Assembly: GCF_001194135.2 (NCBI RefSeq)
Contig: NC_068990.1
Span: 36,980,084-37,044,083, forward strand
From: Octopus bimaculoides
Taxonomy: Eukaryota
Reading direction: 5' to 3'
Length of the DNA: 64,000 nucleotides
The notes under the pieces are model-generated. The model saw nothing but the letters and a program-made list of their open reading frames with translations, had not been told where the DNA came from and searched no databases. Made by a program: the position numbers and the translations under genes. The first letter of the stretch is position 1. Every line of letters begins with the position of its first letter. Below are positions 1 through 10,296 of this stretch, one piece after another.

Positions 1-17
1 AAACCATCAAAGGTAAT

Positions 18-171
18 AATTATTTAAAATTATAATACAGGGTATCAAGAGATACCACCACGCTGAAAAAATAGCAGTCAAATCCTGACTCCAAAACCAC
101 AATAAATGTCCGCAAGGCACGATTAGCGTGGTGGTATCTCTTGATACCCTGTATTATAATTTTAAATAATT
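18..171. repeat. 47-bp perfect inverted repeat with 60-bp spacer (hairpin / MITE-like)
   Basis: 18-64 is the exact reverse complement of 125-171 (agcgtggtggtatctcttgataccctgtattataattttaaataatt). Confidence 0.9.
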
Positions 172-175
172 TTAA

Positions 176-219
<44 letters not shown>

Positions 220-233
220 AGTCATAAATACAT

Positions 234-417
234 GTTGGTGTGTTTACGTCCCTGTAACTTAGCAGTATGGCAAAAGAGACCTTAAGTACTAGGCTTACAA
301 AGAAGAAGTCCTGGGGTCGATTTGTTTCAGTTAAAGGCAGTGCTCCAGTATGGCTGCAGTCAAATGACTGAAACAATTAAAAAATAAAATAATAAAAGAA
401 TTAAAGAATAAAAGAAT
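234..417 (+). mobile_element. SINE family A, 3' half
   Basis: Matches the 3' half of the copy at 1709-2122 (taagtactaggcttacaaag...ctggggtcgat...gcagtcaaatgactgaaac) and ends in a (taaaagaa)n tail. Confidence 0.85.
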
Positions 418-424
418 GTATAAC

Positions 425-900
425 TAGAAAGATGAGTCTATTGTACGCAAAAATTTTTTCTAATCCTTTGGCACAAAATGGAATATAGACACAGATGCAT
501 TTGTGTAGTCAAGGCATTACACTGGGATGTATTACAGAAAAGTGGGGTTGATGTAAGTGGAAAATGGTACCAAAACCAACCAAGAAGTGTGTCAGATAAT
601 GATTAGCTTAAAATCCTATGAGACTTTATTGGACAAACGGACCATGAAATTCAAGCAAGCTGACCAGATATTAACCTTCTGGATAAAGGGTCATAAGAGT
701 GTATCATCAGGAATGTGGCTATGTCTGCTGATATGAACGAAGTGGTTAAGGAACAGGAGAAAACAACAATGTAGCAAGACTTAGCAAGGGAAATATGAAT
801 ATTAGAAGGTTTCTACCAAATTAATCCCTGAAAGTTATAGACGTCCTAGATAACATTACTAACAAACTTGGTAGTTTCCCTAATGAAACTAAACTAACTA
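425..900 (+). pseudogene. R4/Dong-clade non-LTR retrotransposon relic, restriction-like endonuclease (REL) region
   Basis: 508-807 reads VKALHWDVLQKSGVDVSGKWYQNQP...LKIL*DFIGQTDHEIQAS*PDINLLDK...KEQEKTTM*QDLAREI. This fits the ILWD..QTD..RPDI..KE.EK..Y.DL motif series, with several stops. Confidence 0.8.
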
Positions 901-1241
901 GAAGAATTACACTTTTGTTGTTGATGTTGTTAGCAACAACAGCAGCAGCAGCAGCAGTAGTAGTAGTATTAGTATACACAAATGTCTTCTGTTTTGTTTT
1001 GTTTTGTTTATTGCTTCAATTAGCATGAAATAACTGAATACATATAATTAAAAGAAAACACAGGAGTTCAGTTGTTACATCAGGGCTCCTCACGATTCCA
1101 ATCATCTTCACCTTTACTTTGTTTTTTTCCATCCAAATACTGACAATCACTTCTTCTGAATGTGCTTGTGAGCAATCCACGTGTCAGGTTAAAAGAAAGG
1201 TTTCAAGTTTTTGCTGTAATTTAAATACAGATCGAAAGACT

Positions 1242-1650
1242 GAGGCATGGCTGTGTGGTAATATGCTTGCTGCTGAGTTACATGATTCCAGGTTCAGTCA
1301 CACTATGTGACACCTTGGGCAAGTATCTTCTACTGTGGCGCTGGGCCGACCAAAGCCTTGTAAGTGGATTTGGTAGATGGAAACTTAAAGAAGCCCATCA
1401 TATGTGTGTGTGTGTGTCTGTCTCTTTGTCTGTATGTGTGTATTTCTGTTTTTGTCCCCCACCACTGCTTGACAACCTGTGTTGGTATGTTTATGTCCCT
1501 ATAGCTTATTGGTTCAGCAAACGAATCTGATTAAATAAATACTAGGCTTAAAAGTAGTAAGTACTAGGGTCAGTTCATATGACTAAAAGTTCTTCAGAGT
1601 GGTGCTCCACCATGGCCTCAGTCTATTGATTGAAACAAAGGAAAAATAAA
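1242..1650 (+). mobile_element. tRNA-derived SINE family A, full length, diverged
   Basis: A-box-like tggctgtgtggtaa, B-box-like ggttcagtcac, central (GT)n and the same 3' module as other copies. Confidence 0.85.
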
Positions 1651-1708
1651 TTGTCAAAAATAATTATCAAAGACAGGGAAAGAAATACTTGTAAACTAAT
1701 AGACTAAT

Positions 1709-2122
1709 AGGCGCAGGAGTGGCTGTGTGGTAAGTAGCTTGCTTACCAACCACATGGTTCCGGGTTCAGTCCCACTGCGTGGCCCCTTGGGCAAATGTCT
1801 TCTATAACCTTGGCCCGACCAAAGCCTTGTGAGTGGATTTGGTTGACGGAAACTGAAAGAAGCCCATCGTATATATGTATATATACATATGTATGTGCGT
1901 ATATATGTTTGTGTGTCTGTGTTTGTGCTGCAACATCACTTGACAACCGATGCTGGTGTGTTTACACCCCTGTAACTTAGCGGTTCGGCAAACGTGAGTG
2001 ATAGAATAAGTACTAGGCTTACAAAGAATAAGTCCTGGGGTTAATTTGATTCGACAAAAAGTGGTGCTCTAGCATGGGTGCAGTCAAATGACTGAAATAA
2101 GTAAAAGAGTAAAAGAGTAAAA
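1709..2122 (+). mobile_element. tRNA-derived SINE family A, full length, well preserved
   Basis: Starts ggcgcaggagtggctgtgtggtaag, B box ggttcagtccc, central (TA)/(GT) tract, 3' (gtaaaaga)n tail. At least ten homologous pieces occur in the window. Confidence 0.9.
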
Positions 2123-2362
2123 GATGTAAGTACTCCCACTAATGAAAATATATCTGTCAAGGAATTTGACAAATTAAGTAAATATAAAGACCTGGAAATT
2201 GAAATATGAAGAATGTGACATCTTAAAGGAAGAAATGTCCCTGTTATTATAGGTGCCCTATAATAGGGATGGCAGAAACATCTAGCTGACATCCCAGGAT
2301 AACCATATCTCAAAGAAATCCAAAATACTGTGCTGACAAGTACTGCCCATATCCTTAGAAAA
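2123..2362 (+). pseudogene. R4/Dong-clade LINE, REL C-terminal fragment
   Basis: DVSTPTNENISVKEFDKLSKYKDLEIEI*RM*HLKGRNVPVIIGAL...LADIPG*PYLKEIQNTVLTSTAHILRK. Confidence 0.85.
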
Positions 2363-2427
2363 AGGACAGATGAAATGTTCCTAAGCATGTTGCCTGGCAT
2401 GCTAACGATTCTGCCAGCTTGCCACCT
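2363..2427 (-). mobile_element. SINE family B, 5' fragment
   Basis: gctaacgattctgccagcttgccacc is the reverse complement of the family B head seen at 32453. Confidence 0.65.
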
Positions 2428-2470
2428 TAATAATGATGATGATGATAATAATAATAATAATAATAATAAT

Positions 2471-2966
2471 AAATGCCCTGATGCAGTGCCAATGGCTCTA
2501 ATGGTTTCTAATCTTAACTGATTGGAAGTGTTATCATGTACACTGTTTTGTCTTGGTATAAAAGATGGGCTACAGCAGATATTCTGCTCAACACCACAGA
2601 TTTGCATCTCTGACCACGAGCAGAAGTAGTGGGGGAGCATCATAGTCATGTGTTGAGATGAATTCTTTAGGGTTTGAATAATTCACCTCTGGAGACATGG
2701 GCGTTGTGTTCCTCATCCTTAAAACAAACCTTATTCAGGGACTTTTGAGTGGGATGGGCTACTCAACCTGAAGAAGATTCTAACTGGGCCCCACCTGTGA
2801 GGTGATGCACTGTTTAACTTGATATGAGATCATTTTGTTGCACACATGTGGTTGTGATGCATGTGCCTTGTATACCCTTATAATATGGGTAGTCATGATG
2901 GGTACAGTGGGCTTTGTATATTAGTATTCCAGTGTCACTTTGATGGTATGTGCTACTTCCTCACTC
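2471..2966. mobile_element. ~500-bp non-coding interspersed-type element bracketed by (TAA)n tracts
   Basis: Complex, higher-GC block with sharp edges against (TAA/TGA)n at 2428-2470 and (TAA)n at 2967-2982. It resembles a repeat I recall from octopus; there is only one copy in this window. Confidence 0.55.
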
Positions 2967-2999
2967 AATAATAATAATAATTAATGTATTTCAATACAC

Positions 3000-3215
3000 A
3001 GTTGGCTGTGAGCTAATGAGAAAGTATCAACCTGCTAGAAATACCAACCAAATCACCCCCTAAATTTCAACTTATTATCTTAATGATAAAGTGAAAGATT
3101 AAATAAAGTAACACAATATGCCTCTAAAAAGACGGAATGGTCATGGCTGGAATGCATCTAATCATAGCTTGCTTCAACCAGGACTGACATAAGGTCAAAC
3201 AACAACAGCAACAAC
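3000..3215 (+). mobile_element. SINE-like family C 3' portion with (AAC)n tail
   Basis: ggtcatggctggaatgcat...ggtcaaacaacaac; related pieces lie at 16161-16400 (-), ~25510-25590 (-) and ~25860-25925. Confidence 0.55.
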
Positions 3216-3970
3216 ATGTATGGCTGAGTATACTTTCATCTCTTAAGCTAGAATCTTGCATTTTATTGACTTCCACTAAAATCGTTTTTGCTTAAGCAAC
3301 CCATCCCACACACTCACTCTCAAACACATATAAATACATATATATCATATGCATCTGTATGCACACACACACACACTCACACACACAAAGGGGTGAGTGG
3401 AAGTGTACGTATGTTTGCAGTATGCATGTATCTGTGCATGTATATGCATAGTGATATGTTAGTTTTCCATCATCAAAGAGGCTGTCTTATGTCCATAATG
3501 AAGTCTTCAATGTCATTATAGTGAAATAAATGCTAATCAGATGAAACTGCATGTTAAGGCCAATTCTTTGACCAACTTCTCACAGGATAAGGTGGTGTCA
3601 ACCATTGATTGAAACAGTTCAAAATCTTAATACTGTGGATATAAGATTCTCTCCAATATCGACTCTAGTGGAGAGTATAATGGGGATATTGGTGAGTGGG
3701 TGGCGGAATAAAAAAAAAAAGAAGGAAAGATGGAAGAATGGAAGATGGAAAGAAAATAAGATTCAATAAAGGAAGAACAATAATCTATTAACAAATGGAA
3801 GAAGAGAAAATAAGAAGGGGAAAAACACACAACTGGGAAGATTATCTAGTTGATTGGTGATAGGTTACATATACATGTGTGAGTTTCTGTGGTTGTGAGT
3901 GTGTCTGTGTGTGTGTATGTGTACGTGTATGAGAGTGTGGGTGTGTGTGTGTGTGTGTGTGTGTTTGTGT

Positions 3971-4095
3971 GTCTGTGTATAGATATATATACACACCCTT
4001 ATAATCACATACACAGAGTGAAAGAGAGGAGAGATTATACATAGAAAATAGACATACATGTATATGTGTATGTATACATATGTGTATATGTGTGT

Positions 4096-4131
<36 letters not shown>
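3971..4131 (+). repeat. ~160-bp segment duplicated at 8394-8561
   Basis: Near-identical unique core cacacccttataatcacatacacagagtgaaagagaggagagattatacatagaaaa in both places. The second copy ends at a 10-N gap. Confidence 0.85.
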
Positions 4132-4339
4132 ACAGGGAGAGAGAGGGGGGAGAGAAGAGAGAGTGTGTAATGCAAGCATTTGGATAGATTAATAGATAGA
4201 CAGATATAGGAAACAGCGACAGAAGCAGAAATATAAAGTGAACCAAGAAACGAAATAAGAAAATGAGAGAAATTTATATAAATACATAAAATTCTATACG
4301 AATATGCATATATTATAACTACACATACGTATTACATAC

Positions 4340-4395
<56 letters not shown>

Positions 4396-5242
4396 TTATT
4401 TTAATATATATATATATATATATATATAGATATAGATATATATACAGAGAGAGAGTGGGGGAGAAGAAGAAAGGAGCAGTATTTCCAAGAAGGAGAATGC
4501 AGATAAAATGTTATAAGATAGACAAAGAGAATGTGATGGTAGCGGGAGAAAAACCAATATTAATTGTGTTTGGCAATTCTCAAAGGAATTTTCTTGTGTA
4601 AAGATCAGAAACAATAAAGACCGAGGTATGGAAGAACATTGATATTTAATTGTCTGTAATTGTTTATTTGTTCATGGATCAGTTAATTGTAGAGTCAGGC
4701 AGACCATGGATTTTGGCTTTAATCCCATTTAAGAATGTTGTAAATACATTTAGCGAAAAGCAATGTTTTGTAAGAAAAATATCAAAGAATTTTCAAAGAA
4801 TTTCTATTCTATTCACCAATGTTTGTTTCTTGACAGAATATACATCATCATCGATACTATTCTGCAAAGTTCCAAGTTGCAATGTTCCAAAAAGCTGGAA
4901 GGGTGTGGCATTTAAGTTCAGTTCATTGCAGCATGCAGTTTCTCTCTGAAATATTCTTCTCCAGTTTAATGTATATTCTTCGATATATGATGGAGAAGAG
5001 GTTGGTTAGGGTGATGTTCATAATTTACAATGATATAGCACCATTTAGCGTTAAGAAGTCTGAAGTCTTTTAAGGTTGCTCTTGCTTTGCCTTTACAAAC
5101 CGATATCTTCAGTCTATAAAACCTTAATCTCATTCACCCGTTTCTTTTTTGTTTTTTTTTCTTTTTTTCATTTTGAATTCTCTCTTTAATGTTTTAGGTT
5201 CATTATTTTCTTACATACACATATGTACATGCACATACACAT

Positions 5243-5290
<48 letters not shown>

Positions 5291-5497
5291 TTAGAAGCAT
5301 TTATTTCGTGATTTACACACACACACACACATACACATTTATTTTGTGATTTGTGCATGCTCACACACAAACACACATATCTATTTCCCTATACCACTAC
5401 ATATACATACGGGCCTATGTGAGTGGGGAGGGTGTAGTGTGTATGTGTGTGTGTGTGTTTGTTTGCATATGTGTGTGTGTTTGTGCATGCATGCGTG

Positions 5498-5660
5498 ATC
5501 ATCATCATCATCAGCTTCATCATCTTAATTTAACGTCTTCATTCCATGCTGGTATAGGTAGGAGAGGTTGTTGCTACTCACTTAGATAGGCTGGAGTATG
5601 ACATATTCCTCATGACTTGGTTTCTCTGACTAGATGACCTTCCTAAATACTCCAACCACC
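5498..5660 (-). mobile_element. SINE/LINE-tail family D, degenerate
   Basis: (ATC)n followed by tttaacgtc...ccatgct...gaccttcctaa...caaccac, homologous to 19198 and 32993. Confidence 0.6.
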
Positions 5661-6160
5661 CTACAATTGTATACACACGTATGTGTACTCTTATATGCAT
5701 GTGCCTTTGCATGCACCCACAAATATCATTCTTTATCTTTTTATCATTCTGTGTTGGACCGCACATTGGTGAGTCCTTAAGTGGTTCCAAATGTATATCG
5801 GTTCCTTTTTCCTATGAGAAAGAATTGCTGGACTTTCACTCCATTTCTAAAGAGAGGAATAGAATGAGCTGTTTTTCCTGGCCTTCATGTTGTACAATAT
5901 AAGATGATGCTGAGAGAAATATGGCGAGTAGTACTAACTTCAGTATTTATCTGGTAGTTTATCGATCATTGTGACATAAAAGAGGAAGTAAGACTCTTGT
6001 AAGATTTGGGTGCTGAGATTAAAAAGAAAAGAAGAAGAATACTGGCATTATATACCCTACTGAATCTAAATTTACCTTATATTGTGCCTATAATGGCGTG
6101 AACTTGCTAGCCACCTTATTATTACATTATTAATACTATTAATGATGGCAATAACACTTC

Positions 6161-6195
<35 letters not shown>

Positions 6196-6236
6196 AGGGT
6201 TGGATAAAATTCCTTTTATAAATATATATATATATA

Positions 6237-7193
6237 NNNNNNNNNNNNNNNNNNNNNNNNNNNNNNNNNNNNNNNNNNNNNNNNNNNNNNNNNNNNNNNN
6301 NNNNNNNNNNNNNNNNNNNNNNNNNNNNNNNNNNNNNNNNNNNNNNNNNNNNNNNNNNNNNNNNNNNNNNNNNNNNNNNNNNNNNNNNNNNNNNNNNNNN
6401 NNNNNNNNNNNNNNNNNNNNNNNNNNNNNNNNNNNNNNNNNNNNNNNNNNNNNNNNNNNNNNNNNNNNNNNNNNNNNNNNNNNNNNNNNNNNNNNNNNNN
6501 NNNNNNNNNNNNNNNNNNNNNNNNNNNNNNNNNNNNNNNNNNNNNNNNNNNNNNNNNNNNNNNNNNNNNNNNNNNNNNNNNNNNNNNNNNNNNNNNNNNN
6601 NNNNNNNNNNNNNNNNNNNNNNNNNNNNNNNNNNNNNNNNNNNNNNNNNNNNNNNNNNNNNNNNNNNNNNNNNNNNNNNNNNNNNNNNNNNNNNNNNNNN
6701 NNNNNNNNNNNNNNNNNNNNNNNNNNNNNNNNNNNNNNNNNNNNNNNNNNNNNNNNNNNNNNNNNNNNNNNNNNNNNNNNNNNNNNNNNNNNNNNNNNNN
6801 NNNNNNNNNNNNNNNNNNNNNNNNNNNNNNNNNNNNNNNNNNNNNNNNNNNNNNNNNNNNNNNNNNNNNNNNNNNNNNNNNNNNNNNNNNNNNNNNNNNN
6901 NNNNNNNNNNNNNNNNNNNNNNNNNNNNNNNNNNNNNNNNNNNNNNNNNNNNNNNNNNNNNNNNNNNNNNNNNNNNNNNNNNNNNNNNNNNNNNNNNNNN
7001 NNNNNNNNNNNNNNNNNNNNNNNNNNNNNNNNNNNNNNNNNNNNNNNNNNNNNNNNNNNNNNNNNNNNNNNNNNNNNNNNNNNNNNNNNNNNNNNNNNNN
7101 NNNNNNNNNNNNNNNNNNNNNNNNNNNNNNNNNNNNNNNNNNNNNNNNNNNNNNNNNNNNNNNNNNNNNNNNNNNNNNNNNNNNNNNNNNNNN
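6237..7193. other. Assembly gap (N-run)
   Basis: N-run flanked by (TA)n. Smaller gaps lie at 7784-7793, 8562-8571, 34305-34404, 36869-36910, 40219-40336, 53154-53252, 55026-55101 and 63267-63276. Confidence 1.
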
Positions 7194-7239
7194 TTACTGT
7201 CAATCCCTATATATTTATGATTATATATATATATATATA

Positions 7240-7550
7240 ACTCATCGTAAGGTAAATACCACCATGAGTGATATCCAAACTACAGTGGAGAAGGCTAGCC
7301 ACTGGATTTGGTTAAAAAGAGACGATGAGCAATGGCTAGAGAAATATTGAGCTTCGTTTTAATAACCAGTTGATCTAGCAAGCGGGGCCTCATATCAGTG
7401 AGGGGGGGCCGGTGCTAATTGATGCTGTCGAGAGGTAGGCCCCGAAACGTTGCGCATTCTCTCCTGATGACCCCGTACACTTGCTGGTTTCTGGTATGCA
7501 AAGTTCTCGACTGGTAGCACTTGCATATGCGAGTTGTTTGCAAGACATTT
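7240..7550 (+). mobile_element. 3' end of a Hero-like (REL-class) non-LTR element: ORF C-terminus plus structured 3' UTR
   Basis: 7240-7350 reads THRKVNTTMSDIQTTVEKASHWIWLKRDDEQWLEKY*, matching the EKAS.W.W.KR...W terminus I recall for Hero-type elements. A GC-rich self-complementary tract follows. Confidence 0.6.
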
Positions 7551-7552
7551 AT

Positions 7553-7706
7553 ATAGGGAGAATTCACAAAAGAACAACAGATGAAGACAGGTGGTGTTGA
7601 AAACAAATAAATGTATTAGTATAACGCTCAGGAATTGAGAAAGACTTTAACATTTTGAGCCTATGCTCTTCTACAGAAACACAGAAAGAAACAAGGAGAG
7701 AAAAAA
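7553..7706 (-). mobile_element. PLE-type pseudo-LTR-like repeat, degenerate hammerhead (inverted partner of 8616-8780)
   Basis: The reverse complement aligns with 8616-8780 (gaagagc.taggctc.aaa.gt.aaag.cttt...acaccacctgtc.tc.tctgttgtt...attctccc). Confidence 0.7.
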
Positions 7707-7738
7707 TATGTGTTGTAGTCAGAGATCTATCATGCCGA

Positions 7739-7769
<31 letters not shown>

Positions 7770-8520
7770 ACAAGAACACTAGTNNNNNNNNNNTGTATGT
7801 ATGTATATATGTATGTATAAATATGTATGTGCATGTGTGTGTGTGTACTCTATCTTCTTGCAATATGAAAAGTATATCATACTCACACAGCATAACTGAA
7901 ATGTTGGAAAAACAGAGAAAAAGTAAAGAAAGACTGATTGTTTCTCAAAAGAATTTCTTCCCAGCAGCTCAGATAAAAAAAAAAAACAGAATTGCCAAAA
8001 ATGCGCATGAATGAATGGACCATTCCGATTTGCTGACTGACTGCTGTTGATACCAGACCCCACAGTTATAAAGACATGAGGAAAAAAGGGTTTTTGCAAT
8101 TATATGTTATGGCCAGTGGAGTGATTCAGCAAATTTGCATTATTCTGTTATGGTGTGTGCTACACACATGGGTCAGAGTGACCAAGTGAGTTTTATTTTC
8201 TTTCAAACCTGCCTAAATTGCATTTCATGTCTAAAAACTTATGATGAGGATCTGACTGATTGGAATATTGAATTATGACAAATTTGGCTTTAAAAGAGAC
8301 ACTCTTAAAATTTATAGTTTATGGCATGAAACTCAAATCACATGGCAAACACCAAGTTTCAATAGATAAATAAATATATGTGTGTGTGTGTGTGTCTGTG
8401 TATAGATATATATACACACCCTTATAATCACATACACAGAGTGAAAGAGAGGAGAGATTATACATAGAAAAATAGACATACATGTATATGTGTATGTATA
8501 CATATGTGTATATATATGTT

Positions 8521-8561
<41 letters not shown>

Positions 8562-8571
8562 NNNNNNNNNN

Positions 8572-8603
<32 letters not shown>

Positions 8604-8615
8604 TAACCCATTCAA

Positions 8616-8776
8616 TTTTTTTTCTCCGTGTTTTTCTCCTTGTCTCCGTATTCTTTCTGTTGAAGAGCGTAGCTCGAAACGTCAAAGACTTTCCGTATTC
8701 CCGAGCGTCATACTAATATATACTTTTGTTATTTACACCACCTGTCCTCGTCTGTTGTTATTATTTGTATATTCTC

Positions 8777-8780
<4 letters not shown>
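8616..8780 (+). mobile_element. PLE-type pseudo-LTR-like repeat with hammerhead-like motif
   Basis: Flanked by (TA)n on both sides, homologous to 7553-7706, and contains the motif at 8652-8688. Confidence 0.7.
8652..8688 (+). ncRNA. Minimal type I hammerhead-like motif with variant core (CUGUUGA)
   Basis: Helix I tcttt/aaaga; core CTGTTGA plus A; helix II GAGC-gta-GCTC; GAAA; palindromic helix III ACGT; GUC triplet. Canonical A6 is replaced by U. Confidence 0.55.
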
Positions 8781-8819
<39 letters not shown>

Positions 8820-9541
8820 CACACATGTATGTATAGATAGACAGATATTAATGTATACACACATATATTTAATGATTGTTTGACTCCACATGACACAATG
8901 CCTCTTGGTTGTGTAAAGGACATTTGTTTCATCAGATGCTTGAAGCAAAGGCAGCTCCTAGTATCCCACATGCCCACCACACTCCAAGTCTCTTGGATCC
9001 AAGTCAAACTGTTATCAAACATATATGTAACTCCTCCCAACTGTTTTAAGTGCCACTTTCTTTTGTTTGTTCACTCACTTGTTTGTAAAAATATATATAG
9101 ATATATAGTGAAAGTGAGAAATTAATAGATAGATAGATAAGTAGATAGATAAATAGATAGATAGATAGATAGATGCGTGTAAGTATATGCTGACCAATTT
9201 CAGCTGATTTTTGCAATAGGTTTTGTACATTATAGTCTTGTAGAAATAATATCCATGCACTTTTTGCTACTAGAGATCATAGAGTGTTATATTTGGTTTC
9301 CAGATGTCCTATGTAAACCAGAATGAAAAACATCATGAGAATAACTGTTAGTGATGTGTCTCTTGCATAGGGATCAGACTGTACCATCATAATGTATGCG
9401 ATAAATGCCTGTAAAATGCAATTGGAACTCGGGTGTGGTCTAACTTTAAGAGTTGCATAAATTATATTGAACCAAATGTAGATAGACAACCAAATGTAGA
9501 TAGACAACCAAATGTAGATAAGATCAAGAATTTGTAGGTAG

Positions 9542-9850
9542 AGGAAAATCTTGTGGTATAATCTTCCATATTGAATGAATGTAGCCACTAATGTAGCTTG
9601 GAAATTTCTGAAACTAACAGATAACCACTTTACATATTCACAAAAATACCATAAGACCTTCAAAAGAAATATAGTTAAAGTAAGCTATAGCTGACTCACT
9701 AATATAGAGTCAGTTATATTTTTCAGTCACAATGAAAAATAACAATATTAGGAATATTCTCCAAAATTCTGTAATTTTAGATCCTCGGATAGCTGTCTCC
9801 TAAACAACATATGCCTGGAAAAAGAACTAGTGTTCAAAGATTTGAATGAA
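9542..9850 (+). pseudogene. Penelope-like element relic: RT C-terminus and linker into GIY-YIG
   Basis: RKILWYNLPY*MNVATNVAWKFLKLTDNHF...KYHKTFKRNIVKVSYS*...HNEK, then CNFRSSDSCLLNNICLEKELVFK. This fits the WFNPP / FNRNTVKVSYSC / CNCR..CPL motifs. Confidence 0.8.
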
Positions 9851-9882
9851 ATAACAAAATGATGGATATTTAACTTTCAACG

Positions 9883-10264
9883 AGTGCAGGCAAGTTTGTG
9901 AGGTAAGAAGTTTACTTCCTAACCACATGGTTTCAAGTTCAGTCCCACAGCATGGCACCTTGGGCAAGTGTTTTCTATGATAGCCATGAGTTGTGTAAAG
10001 CCTTGTGAATGGATTTGATACACAGAAACTGAAAGAAACCCATTGTATGTGTGTGTGTGTGTGTCTTTGTGTCAGTGCTTGCACCCCACCACAGCTTGAC
10101 AACCATTGTTGGTGTGTGTATTTTCCAAGTAACATAGCAGTTTGGTAAAAAGAGATCAATAGAATAAGTACCAAGCTTAAAATTAAATACTGAAAATTCT
10201 TTAGACTAAGAATTTTTCAAGGTCCCTGCATGGCTGTAGTCTAATGACTGAAACAAATAAGAAG

Positions 10265-10268
<4 letters not shown>
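9883..10268 (+). mobile_element. SINE family A, full length, diverged
   Basis: Head gtgcagg...ggtaag...agttcagtcccac, central (GT)n, 3' gtagtctaatgactgaaacaa. Confidence 0.85.
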
Positions 10269-10295
<27 letters not shown>

Positions 10296-10296
10296 C

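Noticed and set aside
1709-1790. tRNA gene call for SINE heads (also 12600-12718)
   Set aside because: A and B boxes are present but there is no complete cloverleaf, and the heads are continuous with repeat bodies.
2041-2649. 202-aa minus-strand ORF
   Set aside because: It is an antisense read-through of a SINE tail, LINE fragment, SINE B head and (TAA)n mosaic.
4590-5130. Possible PLE N-terminal relic on the minus strand
   Set aside because: Only a vague resemblance (RRIYIKLEKN), with many stops and no diagnostic motif.
6139-7240. Long ORFs (346-359 aa) here and at 33065-33763, 42576-43160, 47571-48678 and 56226-56954
   Set aside because: They are open only because they cross N-runs.
7375-7490. 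HDV-like or type II hammerhead fold for the Hero-like UTR
   Set aside because: I could not place P1.1/P4 for HDV, and the would-be type II helix II strands (cccc/cccc) do not pair. It is kept only as an unexplained structure.
8117-8185. Candidate 69-nt exon (ag...gtgagt) with two open frames
   Set aside because: Weak acceptor, no recognisable peptide and no partner exons; needs RNA-seq.
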